From assembly GCA_963793425.1 (NCBI GenBank), contig CAWCAG010000007.1, positions 896,001 through 960,000 on the forward strand: a DNA stretch of 64,000 nt. The letters run 5' to 3'. How positions within the stretch are numbered: the first letter of the stretch is position 1; the number at the start of each line of letters is the position of its first letter. The stretch is from an uncultured cyanobacterium (GTDB lineage: Bacteria; Cyanobacteriota; Cyanobacteriia; Cyanobacteriales; CAWCAG01). The notes below the pieces were generated by a model that was not told the DNA's origin, did no database searches, and saw nothing but the letters and a program-made list of their open reading frames with translations. Positions 1-10,351 of the stretch are shown here, in pieces. A program made the position numbers and the translations under genes.

Positions 1-267
1 TTAGGAGAAAAAATTAAAACTGCTATTCAAACAAGCCTAGGAGCAATTGTTATTTCTTCAATTGCTGCTTGTTTAGGTCATGCTCAAAGCGGCAATGTTT
101 TGTGGTTAGAAGGTTTAGTTTTGGGTACAGGGGGATTAATTGGCGCTCAATTTAGTACTCGCTTTTTACCAAAGTTACCAGACACAATAGTTAGTTTAAT
201 GTTTCGTAGTTTGTTGGCAATTTTGGCTCTGTATTTCTTCTGGAGAGCAAGTATTAGTTATCAATAA
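1..267 (+). CDS. Sulfite exporter TauE/SafE family membrane protein, 3' part (truncated by window edge)
   Basis: Frame 1 open from base 1 to TAA at 265-267: LGEKIKTAIQTSLGAIVISSIAACLGHAQSGNVLWLEGLVLGTGGLIGAQFSTRFLPKLPD..., a typical TauE C-terminal repeat. Confidence 0.75.
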   Translation, partial: LGEKIKTAIQTSLGAIVISSIAACLGHAQSGNVLWLEGLVLGTGGLIGAQFSTRFLPKLPDTIVSLMFRSLLAILALYFFWRASISYQ

Positions 268-389
268 GCTGTCAGGCTTTTAGGTTACTCAACTTACCTT
301 AGTAATTTTTTTGTCAAGGTTATAAGTACTTGGACAGAATTAATTTAATTGATTAGACAATCATGTTATTGTTATAAATAGTATTGAGA

Positions 390-462
390 GGGCGCGTAGC
401 TCAGTGGATAGAGCACCAGGTTCCGGTCCTGGGTGTCGGGGGTTCAAATCCCTCCGCGCTCG
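390..462 (+). tRNA. trnR-CCG: tRNA-Arg (anticodon CCG); CCA end not encoded
   Basis: GGGCGCG acceptor stem pairing with CGCGCTC, D arm TAGCTCAGTGGATAGAGC, anticodon arm CCAGG-TTCCGGT-CCTGG, T arm GGTTCAAATC. Confidence 0.97.
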
Positions 463-466
463 TTTA

Positions 467-1591
467 TTAATCAGGGCTGTCCTTAATTTGCCAGTCTGGA
501 CGTTCTGGGAAAGATTGCTCAGTATGAAAAATTGTTGAACCTGGTTTTCCCGGTCGATTGAGACGTATAGCTAAACCAAAACCAAGCCCGATAAAAGCTG
601 CTACAATACTAGTCATCATTAAGGCTTTGAAGGGGTAGGGCTGGTGAGATTTTTTTGAGTGCTTAACTTTGGCTTTTTTAGACTTATTGAGTTGAGGACT
701 TTTGGTAAACGTCGTAGACTTCTGGTCAGACTTAAAAGAAGAGGTTATTTGTGCTTTTTCCTTTGGTAAAAGTTCTAGCCAGTTTTGTATAGTTTGGGGA
801 CGTTCTTTGGCTTCAATTGCTAAACCTTGAACAATGGCTTTTTTAAGGTTCGGATTGAGCTTTTGAGATAAAGTTCCTGAGCCAAAAGGCTGGCGAAGTT
901 CTTCAGGAACAGCTTGATTAGCCCTTAAAGGGGCTGCTGTAGGTTCTTTTGCTGTAATTAGATAGAAAAGAGTGGCAGCTAAGGAATAAATGTCTGTGGC
1001 AGCATTAGGGCTAATTTCTGGAAGATAATGCTCAATGGGAGCATAACCAGGTGATACTAAGTTACCGTGAGTTTGTCTAATCTCTGGAGTTAACTGACAG
1101 GTCAAACCGTAGTCTACGAGAATTGCTTTACCGGTTTTGTTTTGGACAATTATATTTTGTGGTTTAATATCTAAGTGTTGGAGATTAGCATGATGAAGAA
1201 TCGCTACAGCCGAACTAATTTGTCTGATATACTGAACTGCTTTTGTGGGGTTTAAGTTACCTGTTTGTTCAATAAAAGCAGCTAGGTTTGGTCCAATAAT
1301 ACGTTCATAAACAAGATAAGGTTTGCCCTTTTCTTCAAATATATCTAGCACTGAAACTAAATTTTCGTGGCGACAAGTGCTAAACTTTTGGGCAAGTTGC
1401 AGAAATTTGCTTTTAAACTGTTCAAAGTCAGGATGAGTAACCAAGTTTTTCGCTAAAGTTTTAACTATTACTGGTTGCTTAGACTTTTGTTCAATCCCTT
1501 GGTAAGTATTGCTAAAGATACCTTGACCGATAGAATCAGTCAGGCAATATTTACCATCTTTAAGGGTAGAAGCTGAGGAAGCGCATATCAT
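467..1591 (-). CDS. Hanks-type Ser/Thr protein kinase with C-terminal TM helix
   Basis: GQGIFS Gly-loop, VIVKT, HLDIKPQN catalytic loop, DYG, GYAPIE, DIYSLA; hydrophobic segment near C-terminus. Confidence 0.9.
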   Translation of the reverse strand: MICASSASTLKDGKYCLTDSIGQGIFSNTYQGIEQKSKQPVIVKTLAKNLVTHPDFEQFKSKFLQLAQKFSTCRHENLVSVLDIFEEKGKPYLVYERIIGPNLAAFIEQTGNLNPTKAVQYIRQISSAVAILHHANLQHLDIKPQNIIVQNKTGKAILVDYGLTCQLTPEIRQTHGNLVSPGYAPIEHYLPEISPNAATDIYSLAATLFYLITAKEPTAAPLRANQAVPEELRQPFGSGTLSQKLNPNLKKAIVQGLAIEAKERPQTIQNWLELLPKEKAQITSSFKSDQKSTTFTKSPQLNKSKKAKVKHSKKSHQPYPFKALMMTSIVAAFIGLGFGLAIRLNRPGKPGSTIFHTEQSFPERPDWQIKDSPD

Positions 1592-1645
1592 AAGGTACTT
1601 TTGGTTGGTCTAACCTATTATGTTACTTTCGGTAATAAATGCACC

Positions 1646-4366
1646 CTATGAGTAATTACTTCGCAAGTAATCTTCTGCTTCAGCGCGATCGCTGATTTTG
1701 CCATCTAACTTAGCTGTTAGTAAAGTGTCGAGTATTTGGCTATATTGAGGCCCTGGTTGATAACCAAGGGCTTTGAGATCATTACCATTTAAAAGAGATT
1801 CAACATTTCTCCATTGAGTAAGATACTGCCAAATTTGTTTACGTATCTGACGAGGAGTTTTTACAGCTAATAACGCCAGGGTTGGTAATTTGTACTGTCG
1901 TAATAGTTTGACCACTTGACTAGGGAGTAGAGAATTTCTGCTCAATTCCTCAACAATTGTCCTTTCTACTGAAGTAAGATTTTGTAACCTTTGAACAGTA
2001 GTAAGGGGTAATTGTAAATTAGTTGCTACTTTACTACTAGTTTCCCCAGGAAGTCTAGCTAAAATTAGTTCCAGTCTCATTAGCCAATGGTTAAGACTAT
2101 CATCCGGATCAAATTTTCTTAAGCAACGGTCGATTAAGCGTATTTGCCACCACAATTCGGGATCTAGTTTAAGGTTCGGATGGAGACAGCGCAGAGCTTC
2201 TAACGATTGCAAGACTTGTAAGGACCGTTTCCAATAAGGGGCTTGGAGAATATATTTTAATTCTGCCTTTAAGCGCGTAGTTAAAGCTGGGGTTGTGTCA
2301 TTTTCAGCTTGGGAACGTTCGTAAACCCCACTGTCAATAGCATAACGGATATAAGATTCTGTTTGGGTTTCAATGCTAAATCCTAAGCGGACAGCAAATC
2401 TAACGGCGCGATAAATGCGGGTAGGATCTTCAATAAAACTATTGGGATGTAAAACCTTAATTTGACGGGATTCTATATCCAAAAGTCCCCCAAAAAAATC
2501 TAGTAATTCTCCTGTTTTGGAGTTAGTAAGTTTGAGGGCTAAGGCATTGATGGTGAAGTCGCGACGATATAAATCCTGGCGAATGGAACTTGCTTCTACT
2601 ACAGGGTTAGCGGCAGGATAAGGGTAAAACTCTGTCCTCGCCGTGGCAATATCAACCCAGAGATTACCTAAATGTGAGTCATGATGCCAAAGTAAAGCTG
2701 CTGTTTGGAAAGCCCCATGAATTTCTAAGCGGCAGTTAGGAAACTCTGTTTGTAAGGCTTTGGCTAATTCTACTCCGGCATTGGCATTAGCTGCTTCATG
2801 AAAGCCATCTACTACCAAGTCAATATCTTGTAGGGGGGAGATGTTTTGGGGATCTTCCTCATTTTGCTGTCGTAGCAATAAATCCCTAACAGCACCCCCA
2901 ACTAAATAAAGGTTCCAACCCCTTTTCTGGGCTTCAGAAGAGGCTAAATCAAGAAATTCAAGGATTGGTTGAGAAATTAAAGATTGGGCGTTAGAGGGCA
3001 GGAGAAAGGCTATGGGAGAAGAGTTACTAGTTTCCTCTTGGTCTTTTTCTAACTGTCCTCCTTGATGTTGGCGTAAGATATCAGTGCGAGTGACGATACC
3101 CATAAGCTGTTCATCTTTTAGCACTGGCAATCTACCCACATCGTAAGTTACCATCAATAATTCAATTTCTCCGCTGGTGGTTTCTGGGGTAACAGTTTTG
3201 AGGTTGCTAGACATATAACCTTTAACCGGGGCGTGGGCAAAGCCGTGGTGTAGGGACAAATCTATGTCCCGACGGGAAATAATCCCCACTAGTTTGTCGC
3301 TGACATCAACTACACATAGCCCCGAATGCCCATAACGAAGGAGAATACTCTGGGCTTGTTCAATGGTGGTTTCTGGGCGAATAGTCCTTACCGGAGACGA
3401 CATTAAATCCTTAGCGGTGAGGGGGAAAGGGATTTGTTGCTTTAACTTTTCGACAAGTTCTGCTAATTTAAAATCTTGATTATCTTGGTAACGTAGGGTA
3501 ACAGAGGCAGCTTGCCCATGTCCCCCTCCCCCTAAAGGTTGGAATAACTGATTAAAATCCGTTTCTTTAAGTCGCGATCGCCCGATGATCGTTATCTTCT
3601 TGTCTTGAGGTTTTTTCCCTGAATACTCGTGGGCTAACAACAAAACATCTACTTCCGTTAGCTTTAATAGTTCTGAGGCTAAACTAGCTAATCCTGGTAT
3701 AAAAGTATCAGTTTTTAGTAAAACCCAACTGAGAGTACAACCCCGAATCGTTACTTTATGTAAATTACCCAAAGATTCTGTTAACAATTGTTGCAATTGT
3801 GGTGACAGACTAGGATGACTATATTCAGCAATTAAGGATAAATTAGCCCCTTGTGCCATCAACCAAGCCAAAGCCAAGGCATCACGGGGAGTAGTTTGTT
3901 CAAAAGTTAATGAACCCGTATCAACATGAATACCTAAAGCCATCACTGTCGCTTCTGCTGAAGTTAACTCAATTTGATATTCTTGGAGTTGTTCCACAAC
4001 TAAAGTTGTAGCTGCCCCCACAGGTTCAATAACACTGTAGGTAGCAGGAATATCCATCTGCGCCCCTAAATGATGATCATAGACTTCAATGGCTTTGAGG
4101 TGAGGCAAATCAAACCACTCTGCCGCCTTGCCTAAGCGACTCCGTTTTTGGGTATCAGGAACAATTAAAGAGCGAATTTTTTCTGGAGCAACGCTACGCC
4201 GCTCTACAATAGCTAAGGCATTGCGATGTAAAGCTAAAAAGTCTTTCACAGTGGGATGCGCCCCTCCTGTTAAGACAATTTTTCCTCCAGCTTTCAAGCG
4301 AGTTAAGCCAACTGCTGCCCCGACTGCATCAAAGTCAGCAGTTTGATGGCATAAAATTAAGTCCAT
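1646..4366 (-). CDS. DHH-CBS-tRNA nucleotidyltransferase (cyanobacterial A-adding type CCA enzyme / poly(A) polymerase family)
   Basis: N-terminal DHH (HQTADFD, DHH, DTG, GGGH), two CBS domains, then VGGAVRD, DIDLVV, RRDFTINA, EDPTRIYRA motifs. Confidence 0.88.
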   Translation of the reverse strand: MDLILCHQTADFDAVGAAVGLTRLKAGGKIVLTGGAHPTVKDFLALHRNALAIVERRSVAPEKIRSLIVPDTQKRSRLGKAAEWFDLPHLKAIEVYDHHLGAQMDIPATYSVIEPVGAATTLVVEQLQEYQIELTSAEATVMALGIHVDTGSLTFEQTTPRDALALAWLMAQGANLSLIAEYSHPSLSPQLQQLLTESLGNLHKVTIRGCTLSWVLLKTDTFIPGLASLASELLKLTEVDVLLLAHEYSGKKPQDKKITIIGRSRLKETDFNQLFQPLGGGGHGQAASVTLRYQDNQDFKLAELVEKLKQQIPFPLTAKDLMSSPVRTIRPETTIEQAQSILLRYGHSGLCVVDVSDKLVGIISRRDIDLSLHHGFAHAPVKGYMSSNLKTVTPETTSGEIELLMVTYDVGRLPVLKDEQLMGIVTRTDILRQHQGGQLEKDQEETSNSSPIAFLLPSNAQSLISQPILEFLDLASSEAQKRGWNLYLVGGAVRDLLLRQQNEEDPQNISPLQDIDLVVDGFHEAANANAGVELAKALQTEFPNCRLEIHGAFQTAALLWHHDSHLGNLWVDIATARTEFYPYPAANPVVEASSIRQDLYRRDFTINALALKLTNSKTGELLDFFGGLLDIESRQIKVLHPNSFIEDPTRIYRAVRFAVRLGFSIETQTESYIRYAIDSGVYERSQAENDTTPALTTRLKAELKYILQAPYWKRSLQVLQSLEALRCLHPNLKLDPELWWQIRLIDRCLRKFDPDDSLNHWLMRLELILARLPGETSSKVATNLQLPLTTVQRLQNLTSVERTIVEELSRNSLLPSQVVKLLRQYKLPTLALLAVKTPRQIRKQIWQYLTQWRNVESLLNGNDLKALGYQPGPQYSQILDTLLTAKLDGKISDRAEAEDYLRSNYS

Positions 4367-4425
4367 TGTATGGTAAAAAAAGTTTTAAGATAGTCAAATT
4401 AAGACTAATTTAGGAGATTAATAAA

Positions 4426-4614
4426 ATGACCATTATTTTTCAATTAGCACTTACTGCTTTAGTTTTGTTTTCTTTTGTGATGGTAGTGGGTGTACCGGTT
4501 GCCTATGCTACTCCTCAATATTGGGACCAATCTAAGAAACTACTTTATCTTGGTTCTGGTGTTTGGACTATTTTAGTTGTAGTAGTGGGAGTCTTGAATT
4601 TTTTCGTAGTTTAA
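4426..4614 (+). CDS. psbZ: Photosystem II protein PsbZ
   Basis: 62 aa, two TM helices, FQLAL...VVGVPVAYA...W..SK motif; usual psbZ-ribH synteny. Confidence 0.96.
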   Translation: MTIIFQLALTALVLFSFVMVVGVPVAYATPQYWDQSKKLLYLGSGVWTILVVVVGVLNFFVV

Positions 4615-4689
4615 AATTTTGTTGGTTGTTGGTTGCGAGTTTTTGGTAATCTACAACCTACAACCTTTTAACCTTACTTAGTCTAAATT

Positions 4690-5268
4690 ATGGCAGTTTT
4701 TGAGGGGACTTTTGCACCAACGACCTCTTCCCCCGCCCGTTTTGCAATTGTTATTGCTCGTTTTAATGACCTTGTTACCAACAAACTTTTATCTGGCTGT
4801 CAAGATTGTTTAAAACGCCACGGCATCGATATTAATCCTCATGGTAGTCAAGTTGATTATGTTTGGGTTCCAGGTAGTTTTGAAGTGGCTTTAGTCGCCC
4901 GTAAATTAGCTTTATCCGGCGGCTACGATGCCATAATTTGCTTAGGGGCAATTATCCGAGGACAAACCCCTCACTTCGATTATGTAGCAGCAGAAGCAGC
5001 AAAAGGAATTGCGGCGGTGGGTTTTCAAACCGGAGTACCAGTTATTTTTGGTATTTTAACCACAGATACTATGCAGCAAGCTTTAGAAAGGGCTGGCATT
5101 AAAAGCAACCTAGGCTGGAGTTATGCTATGGATGCTTTAGAAATGTCTAGTTTAATGCGACAAATTAATGACAAGATGCCAACACCAGTTTATGAAGGGG
5201 CAAGAGTTTTAACTGATTCTTCCCAAGGAAGTTTGATGCCCTCAGAAGCAAAAGTTGAAGAAAAATAA
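4690..5268 (+). CDS. ribH: 6,7-dimethyl-8-ribityllumazine synthase
   Basis: [39 protein letters not shown] motifs. Confidence 0.97.
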   Translation: MAVFEGTFAPTTSSPARFAIVIARFNDLVTNKLLSGCQDCLKRHGIDINPHGSQVDYVWVPGSFEVALVARKLALSGGYDAIICLGAIIRGQTPHFDYVAAEAAKGIAAVGFQTGVPVIFGILTTDTMQQALERAGIKSNLGWSYAMDALEMSSLMRQINDKMPTPVYEGARVLTDSSQGSLMPSEAKVEEK

Positions 5269-5279
5269 CCAGGTAATAA

Positions 5280-5356
5280 TTGTAGGTTGGGTTACGGTAA
5301 CAAAGGTAATTGCCGGATTTCTCCCTAGGTTTATTTACGCCTAACCCAACCTACAA
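5280..5356. repeat. GTAG-type REP-like palindromic element
   Basis: 15-bp inverted repeat TTGTAGGTTGGGTTA (5280-5294) / TAACCCAACCTACAA (5342-5356). Confidence 0.75.
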
Positions 5357-5662
5357 CTACTTATTAATATGCTTTTAAATTATTTATTTTGTTTCTAATA
5401 TTAAGAAATGAAATTCAATTTTTGTTGAGTGGCGATCGCCAAGCATATTCTTAAAAAAAATCGTCTTAAGCAGCGAATCAAGAATAGAAAGTTTCAGTCT
5501 AAAGTTTCTCAAATTAAATTAACTAATACCTAAAGTTTGTCTGTATAATTCTTATCATCATCTTCGTCTTACCAATGCAACTCAATATTCCAGAAGTTAC
5601 TTAAAGGCTAATCAGATGAAGGGAATAACAACATACAGCGTCAAGCAGTTAGTCAGCCAGAA

Positions 5663-7231
5663 TTGCAACTCAAAGGAGAAGGGCAAGGGGGAGCAGCTTC
5701 ATCAGAAATAGAAAGCAAGATTAATTCTGCTAAAGGTGGTGGACAGCCCTTAGCCCCAGACTTACAAGGGAAGATGGGTGAAGCGATGGGGGCAGATTTT
5801 AGTGGGGTGAAAGTACATACTAATCCTGAAGCCGACCAGTTAAATCATTCCCTACAAGCAAAAGCTTTCGCCACAGGGCAAGATGTCTTTTTCCGTCAAG
5901 GGGCTTATGCACCTCAGAGTAGGAGTGGGCAGGAGTTGATTGCCCATGAGTTAACCCATGTGGTGCAGCAAGGAGGTGCTGGGGTACAAAAGAAGAGTCA
6001 ACAGAATAAGGTTAGTAGGAAGGAAGTTTCTACGCCTAAGAGTGAGGTGTTGACTCATCTACAATCTTTGAAAGGTAATGGCAATCATGATCCTGCTATT
6101 TATCGTCAGGAAATTGAGAAGTTTAAGAAGGGAAATTCGATAAATAAAGCTGCTGAGAAGTCGCAATCAACTTTAGAGTCAGGAAATGGTGAAGAACAGC
6201 AAAATCCTCAACTACAAGCCAAAACAGATAGCAATCATAACAGTGAAAAAACACCAACTCTCATTAGGCATTCTTCCATAGGCTCAGAGCCAATTCAGCG
6301 TTACTTTTTAGCTGAAAATCCTAACGACCCTTCAGACTTAGCTCGTATATCTGACGATAGCTCTGCCGCTGTTAAACAACGAGGCTCTGGTAGTCATATG
6401 CTCTGGGCTGCACCAGGAAAGGCTCAACACTCGTCAAATCAACTTAAAGCAGTCAAGTCGGCAATCCGATTATTTGAAGACAAGACTGACCTTTTAACAG
6501 TCTTCGGTCTAGATGGCAGAGAAAAACGCTTAGTCAGAGTCATACCTCGAAATCTAAGGAACAATACCCAAGGAAATAACATGGTGACTTGGGCTGATTG
6601 CGGTAAAGCAGCATGGGATGTCATAGGAGCAAGAAATAGTACTAGAGGAGTCTACAAAGATCCAGCTGGTCAAACCAGACAACGGAAAAGAACCGTTGAG
6701 GTTGGAAATGTAGATGCAATTAAGTGGAAAGTATTGGAAGATATGCTTCGAGTTCACGAGCGACAATTAGGAAGGAAGATTCTTGATGAAAGGAAAATCA
6801 GTTTTATGAAAAATATAGGAAATGTAGATGGACTTGCTTATTATTTCTTGAAAGTTTATAACTCCTTACCACCTCAGACTAGAGAAAATCTAGACAGGCG
6901 TACAGGAATTAATCGCTGGGCAAATCCTTCAGTGGGGCAAGCGTATACTACCTCTACCGGCGGTAGCCTGGTGACAGATAGAAATGGCAATGAAATAGAA
7001 GCTTGGAATTTCCATTGGGCGGGTGTTGTCATGAAAAGTGACAATGGACGAGACAACATAACTCTTGAAAACTATGGTACAGCCAATCCTAGGGCGGTAA
7101 ATACTAACTGGGAATTCCAAATGTACGGTTCAGCTTACCAGAGAGGACAAACATTCCATGAAGAACATAAAGCAACTGGGACTCACGGAACAGCTCCCAC
7201 AACTTTCGTAGCAGAGTCTAGTGGAAGATGA
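5663..7231 (+). CDS. DUF4157 (eCIS core domain) protein with variable C-terminal putative toxin domain; probably 5'-truncated
   Basis: GGGQPL..., GADFSGVKVH, LQAKAFATGQDVFF, ELIAHELTHVVQQ are DUF4157 signatures; frame is open upstream of the TTG only to a TAA at 5609. Confidence 0.8.
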   Translation: MQLKGEGQGGAASSEIESKINSAKGGGQPLAPDLQGKMGEAMGADFSGVKVHTNPEADQLNHSLQAKAFATGQDVFFRQGAYAPQSRSGQELIAHELTHVVQQGGAGVQKKSQQNKVSRKEVSTPKSEVLTHLQSLKGNGNHDPAIYRQEIEKFKKGNSINKAAEKSQSTLESGNGEEQQNPQLQAKTDSNHNSEKTPTLIRHSSIGSEPIQRYFLAENPNDPSDLARISDDSSAAVKQRGSGSHMLWAAPGKAQHSSNQLKAVKSAIRLFEDKTDLLTVFGLDGREKRLVRVIPRNLRNNTQGNNMVTWADCGKAAWDVIGARNSTRGVYKDPAGQTRQRKRTVEVGNVDAIKWKVLEDMLRVHERQLGRKILDERKISFMKNIGNVDGLAYYFLKVYNSLPPQTRENLDRRTGINRWANPSVGQAYTTSTGGSLVTDRNGNEIEAWNFHWAGVVMKSDNGRDNITLENYGTANPRAVNTNWEFQMYGSAYQRGQTFHEEHKATGTHGTAPTTFVAESSGR

Positions 7232-7809
7232 GGGTGGTGAAAATTAAAATGCAATTGAGAACTTGCATTGTACTAGCAGAGACTATCAGCTTGTTGCTCT
7301 TTACTCTAGCATTATCAGGTTGCCAGATGAGTCAAACAAGTACCTCAACTTCAACCACACCAGTAAGCAATATGACTGAATTACCAACTATTTTGAATGG
7401 CACTGACATTGATAACAATTTTCTTACAATCTCTGAGGCAATAGACAGAGGAATATATGAAGAGGATGAATTAAAGAAAATCCTACAGGCAAGAACCGAA
7501 GGTAAACAAGTGCGTATAATTGGGCAATATACTCAGGTAGATGTGAGAAAACGACCCAAGCCACCACCTCAATATCGTGGTAATGTAGCTGTGGTGTTAG
7601 AAGATAGACGCAAAGTCTATCTTTATCCTATGTGGCATCCTGAAGCGAAAAGACCATCTGAGGAAATTGCCCGATATGAAAATCAGCAAGTTATTATAGT
7701 CGGTAAAATAGTTCCGCGAGCGCCTGAATCTCCTGAGGCTACTGCAATGATAATCTCACCCTGTTTGCTAACCATTGATTCGATTGAGTTAGCAGACGAT
7801 GAAAATTAA
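7228..7809 (+). CDS. Hypothetical lipoprotein, candidate immunity protein (start may be 7249)
   Basis: Lipobox LALSG-C; ATGA overlap with the stop of the DUF4157 gene. Confidence 0.6.
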   Translation: MRVVKIKMQLRTCIVLAETISLLLFTLALSGCQMSQTSTSTSTTPVSNMTELPTILNGTDIDNNFLTISEAIDRGIYEEDELKKILQARTEGKQVRIIGQYTQVDVRKRPKPPPQYRGNVAVVLEDRRKVYLYPMWHPEAKRPSEEIARYENQQVIIVGKIVPRAPESPEATAMIISPCLLTIDSIELADDEN

Positions 7810-8218
7810 CCAACAACTAATTGCGTTTGCTTTCTTGGGCATCTTGCTAATTATTCCTACATCTGGATGTTGGGCATTGGGAAACAGATTTAAGTTTCAT
7901 GATGATCCAGATTTAATGGAAGAAGAGATTTCACAGTTTATACCAGTGGGTAGCTCTATCGACCAAGCTAAGAGAATCATGGAGAGTAATGGTTTCAAAT
8001 GTGAGTATAAGGAGAATCGTACTTTTTCTAAGGCAAGAGATGATCCTGATTTTCCTGGCGGTAAGTATACTACTTATAGAGGAGTAGATTATTTATCTTG
8101 TGATCGCAGCAAAATGGTAGCAGTTTTAAGAGAAAGAAGATGGAAAGTTGCAATAGTGCATGACGAGAATAGAGAGGTAACATTTATTTCTGTCAACATA
8201 GGCTTGACTGGACTCTAA
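7799..8218 (+). CDS. Hypothetical lipoprotein, second candidate immunity protein
   Basis: Signal peptide with PTSG-C lipobox; overlaps the previous gene. Confidence 0.6.
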   Translation: MKINQQLIAFAFLGILLIIPTSGCWALGNRFKFHDDPDLMEEEISQFIPVGSSIDQAKRIMESNGFKCEYKENRTFSKARDDPDFPGGKYTTYRGVDYLSCDRSKMVAVLRERRWKVAIVHDENREVTFISVNIGLTGL

Positions 8219-8242
8219 AAGACAATCTGTGATCATTGTGTA

Positions 8243-9349
8243 ATGGACTCCTTCCAATCTTTATCTCCCCGAATTAAAGAAGTTATACAAAATTCAGTTC
8301 CCAATTACTGGCCGGAATTAAAATACATCCTAGAAGGATTTTGTCCAGAATCAATATCTCCTGAAGCCGTATTACCCTTAGCTTCTTGCCAAGCTGTTAA
8401 AGGCAACCCCCAAGAGGCCGTGGCTGTTTCTGCTGCCCTAATAACAGCTACAGCTTATGTCGATATTTTGGATAATTTAGAAGAGCAGGAGCAAGTCGAT
8501 ACAGCTAAGGCGAGAAATTATGCTGATGCTTTACACACCGTTTCTTTAGACATACTTACTGGAGAATCTTTCCAGACACCAGTATTCCAAAAAATAAGTC
8601 AATACTTTATCGATACTTTTTTAAAATTTACCGCAGGGAGAGATCGGGAATTAGTTGGGGATACGAATACAATAGAAGACTATTGGTTCACTATGGAATT
8701 GAAGTTTGCTTCTAGATATTCTACAGCTTGTGCTACTGGAGCAATGGTAGGAACAGAAAATCCTAAGTTGATTCAGGCTTGTAGTGCCTTTGGTTATCAT
8801 TTGGGACTTGCCCTACAAATCCTGAGAGAAACGAAATCTATTTGGCATCCTAACGGCATAACTGATTTGCAACGGGGAAAAATAACTCTTCCTTTGCTCT
8901 ACGGTTTGCAATCAGATCATTCCCAACGTGAACAACTTTTATCTCTAGTAACAACTAAGGAAATTGCTACCCATGCAGAGGAAATCAAAGCAATTCTAGA
9001 CAAAATAGATACCAAAGGTTTCTTAGTTTGGGCAGCTTTAAAAGAAAGGGAACAAGCCTTAGAAGCTATTAAGATTTGCCCTAACTCTGAAGGGAGAGAA
9101 ATCCTGGAATCTTACTTAAATGGAATGTTTGGGAATATTGATGAATTGCTAGAACATCAGCAACAAGAAACAGCAAAAGAAGAATCAAAACTGTTGTTAG
9201 TTGAACCAAGTCCCGAAGCTATCATTATGTACTATGAACAAACTAATACAGAAATCCGACCAGAAAGAGGTAACTGGATGGTGATAAATAAAGGTAATCA
9301 AGAAGAAATATTTGCACAACCATTAGGTTATGTACTTCTAGATAATTAA
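8243..9349 (+). CDS. Polyprenyl synthetase / class 1 isoprenoid (ComQ-like) family protein with degenerate Asp-rich motifs
   Basis: FGYHLGLALQI, DLQRGKITLPLLYGL, GRDREL; the two DDxxD motifs read DNLEE and RETKS. Confidence 0.7.
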   Translation: MDSFQSLSPRIKEVIQNSVPNYWPELKYILEGFCPESISPEAVLPLASCQAVKGNPQEAVAVSAALITATAYVDILDNLEEQEQVDTAKARNYADALHTVSLDILTGESFQTPVFQKISQYFIDTFLKFTAGRDRELVGDTNTIEDYWFTMELKFASRYSTACATGAMVGTENPKLIQACSAFGYHLGLALQILRETKSIWHPNGITDLQRGKITLPLLYGLQSDHSQREQLLSLVTTKEIATHAEEIKAILDKIDTKGFLVWAALKEREQALEAIKICPNSEGREILESYLNGMFGNIDELLEHQQQETAKEESKLLLVEPSPEAIIMYYEQTNTEIRPERGNWMVINKGNQEEIFAQPLGYVLLDN

Positions 9350-10233
9350 TTCACGAAAGATTTATCATTCATGGTTGAACCAGAAAAGCTGCTTTCCTTG
9401 GTAGAAAAAAACGCTCAAGACAATCTGCAAGATAGCCGAGACTTGATTCAAATATGCCTCTAAGTTAGCAGGGACAGGACGTGCTTTAGTTTTAAGTAGC
9501 CATAGCTGTGAAGAAGTTCCTTTGGATATTTTAGGGAGGAGATTTATCCAAGTTGACTTAGTAGAAAAGGATGCGGCTACTATAGAAACAATTTCTCTAA
9601 AGCGTTCCTTGGGCAACCATACTTACACTTTCTACCAAGAAGATTTAACTGACATCATCACTAAGATTGCACCACAAGCAGAAAAAATAGCGGCAGCAGC
9701 ACCAGAATCCTTCATCCTGTTTACAAGAGTTGGCACAATTACTAATCTCCACACCACTTCATTTTTGGAAACCAAAACCGGAGCCAAAATACAACCTTAT
9801 TGTTTGCTCCGGAATACTTACCAAAATGCCAGCTTTGATACGACAGGAAATAGAATCTATTTTCCTACGTTACTTCCCTCAATACTTGTCTAACCTTACC
9901 TCTGATTCAAAGTGGCGGGAAGGAGTTTGGCAATTTGCGAGGAAACTCGAAGAAGCATTCCTCAATCACCTTGAATCCTTATTAGCCCATAATGGTAAGC
10001 TTTATTTATCAGATCAAGTCAAGGTTTGTTGGTTGCGTGTAGATGAATCAAACCAACTGCTAACTCAAGGAGCATGGCAAACTCTTGGTAAATTGAGTTT
10101 AGCTGACTATCTGCATCCAGAAGCGAAAGTTATTGAACAGGAGCAGAGGAAATGCTTTGTTAACAAACCCCAAGGAGATTACTGGGGGCGGTTGTCTTTG
10201 GTAGAGTCATTAATTTATTATTTTCCTAATTAA
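9350..10233 (+). pseudogene. Disrupted continuation of the 8243 gene: SAM-methyltransferase-like Rossmann domain broken by a stop and frameshifts
   Basis: Frame continues past TAA 9347 (FTKDLSFMVEPEKLL...), shifts near 9450 into GRALVLSSHSCEEVPLDILGRRFIQVDLVEKD, shifts again near 9730-9790. Confidence 0.55.
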
Positions 10234-10351
10234 GATTACCTCACTCTCAAAGCATTTTTGAAGAGTATAGTTGATTTGATCAAGGTGGAAAAATCGCTTC
10301 AGCAGTTTTGTCACCTCAACCAGGCAAAAGCCTTGCTGCAACGATAAATGT

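Noticed and set aside
390..462. tRNA-Arg as integration site of a genomic island
   Set aside because: No integrase nearby and no duplicated tRNA 3' end seen in the window
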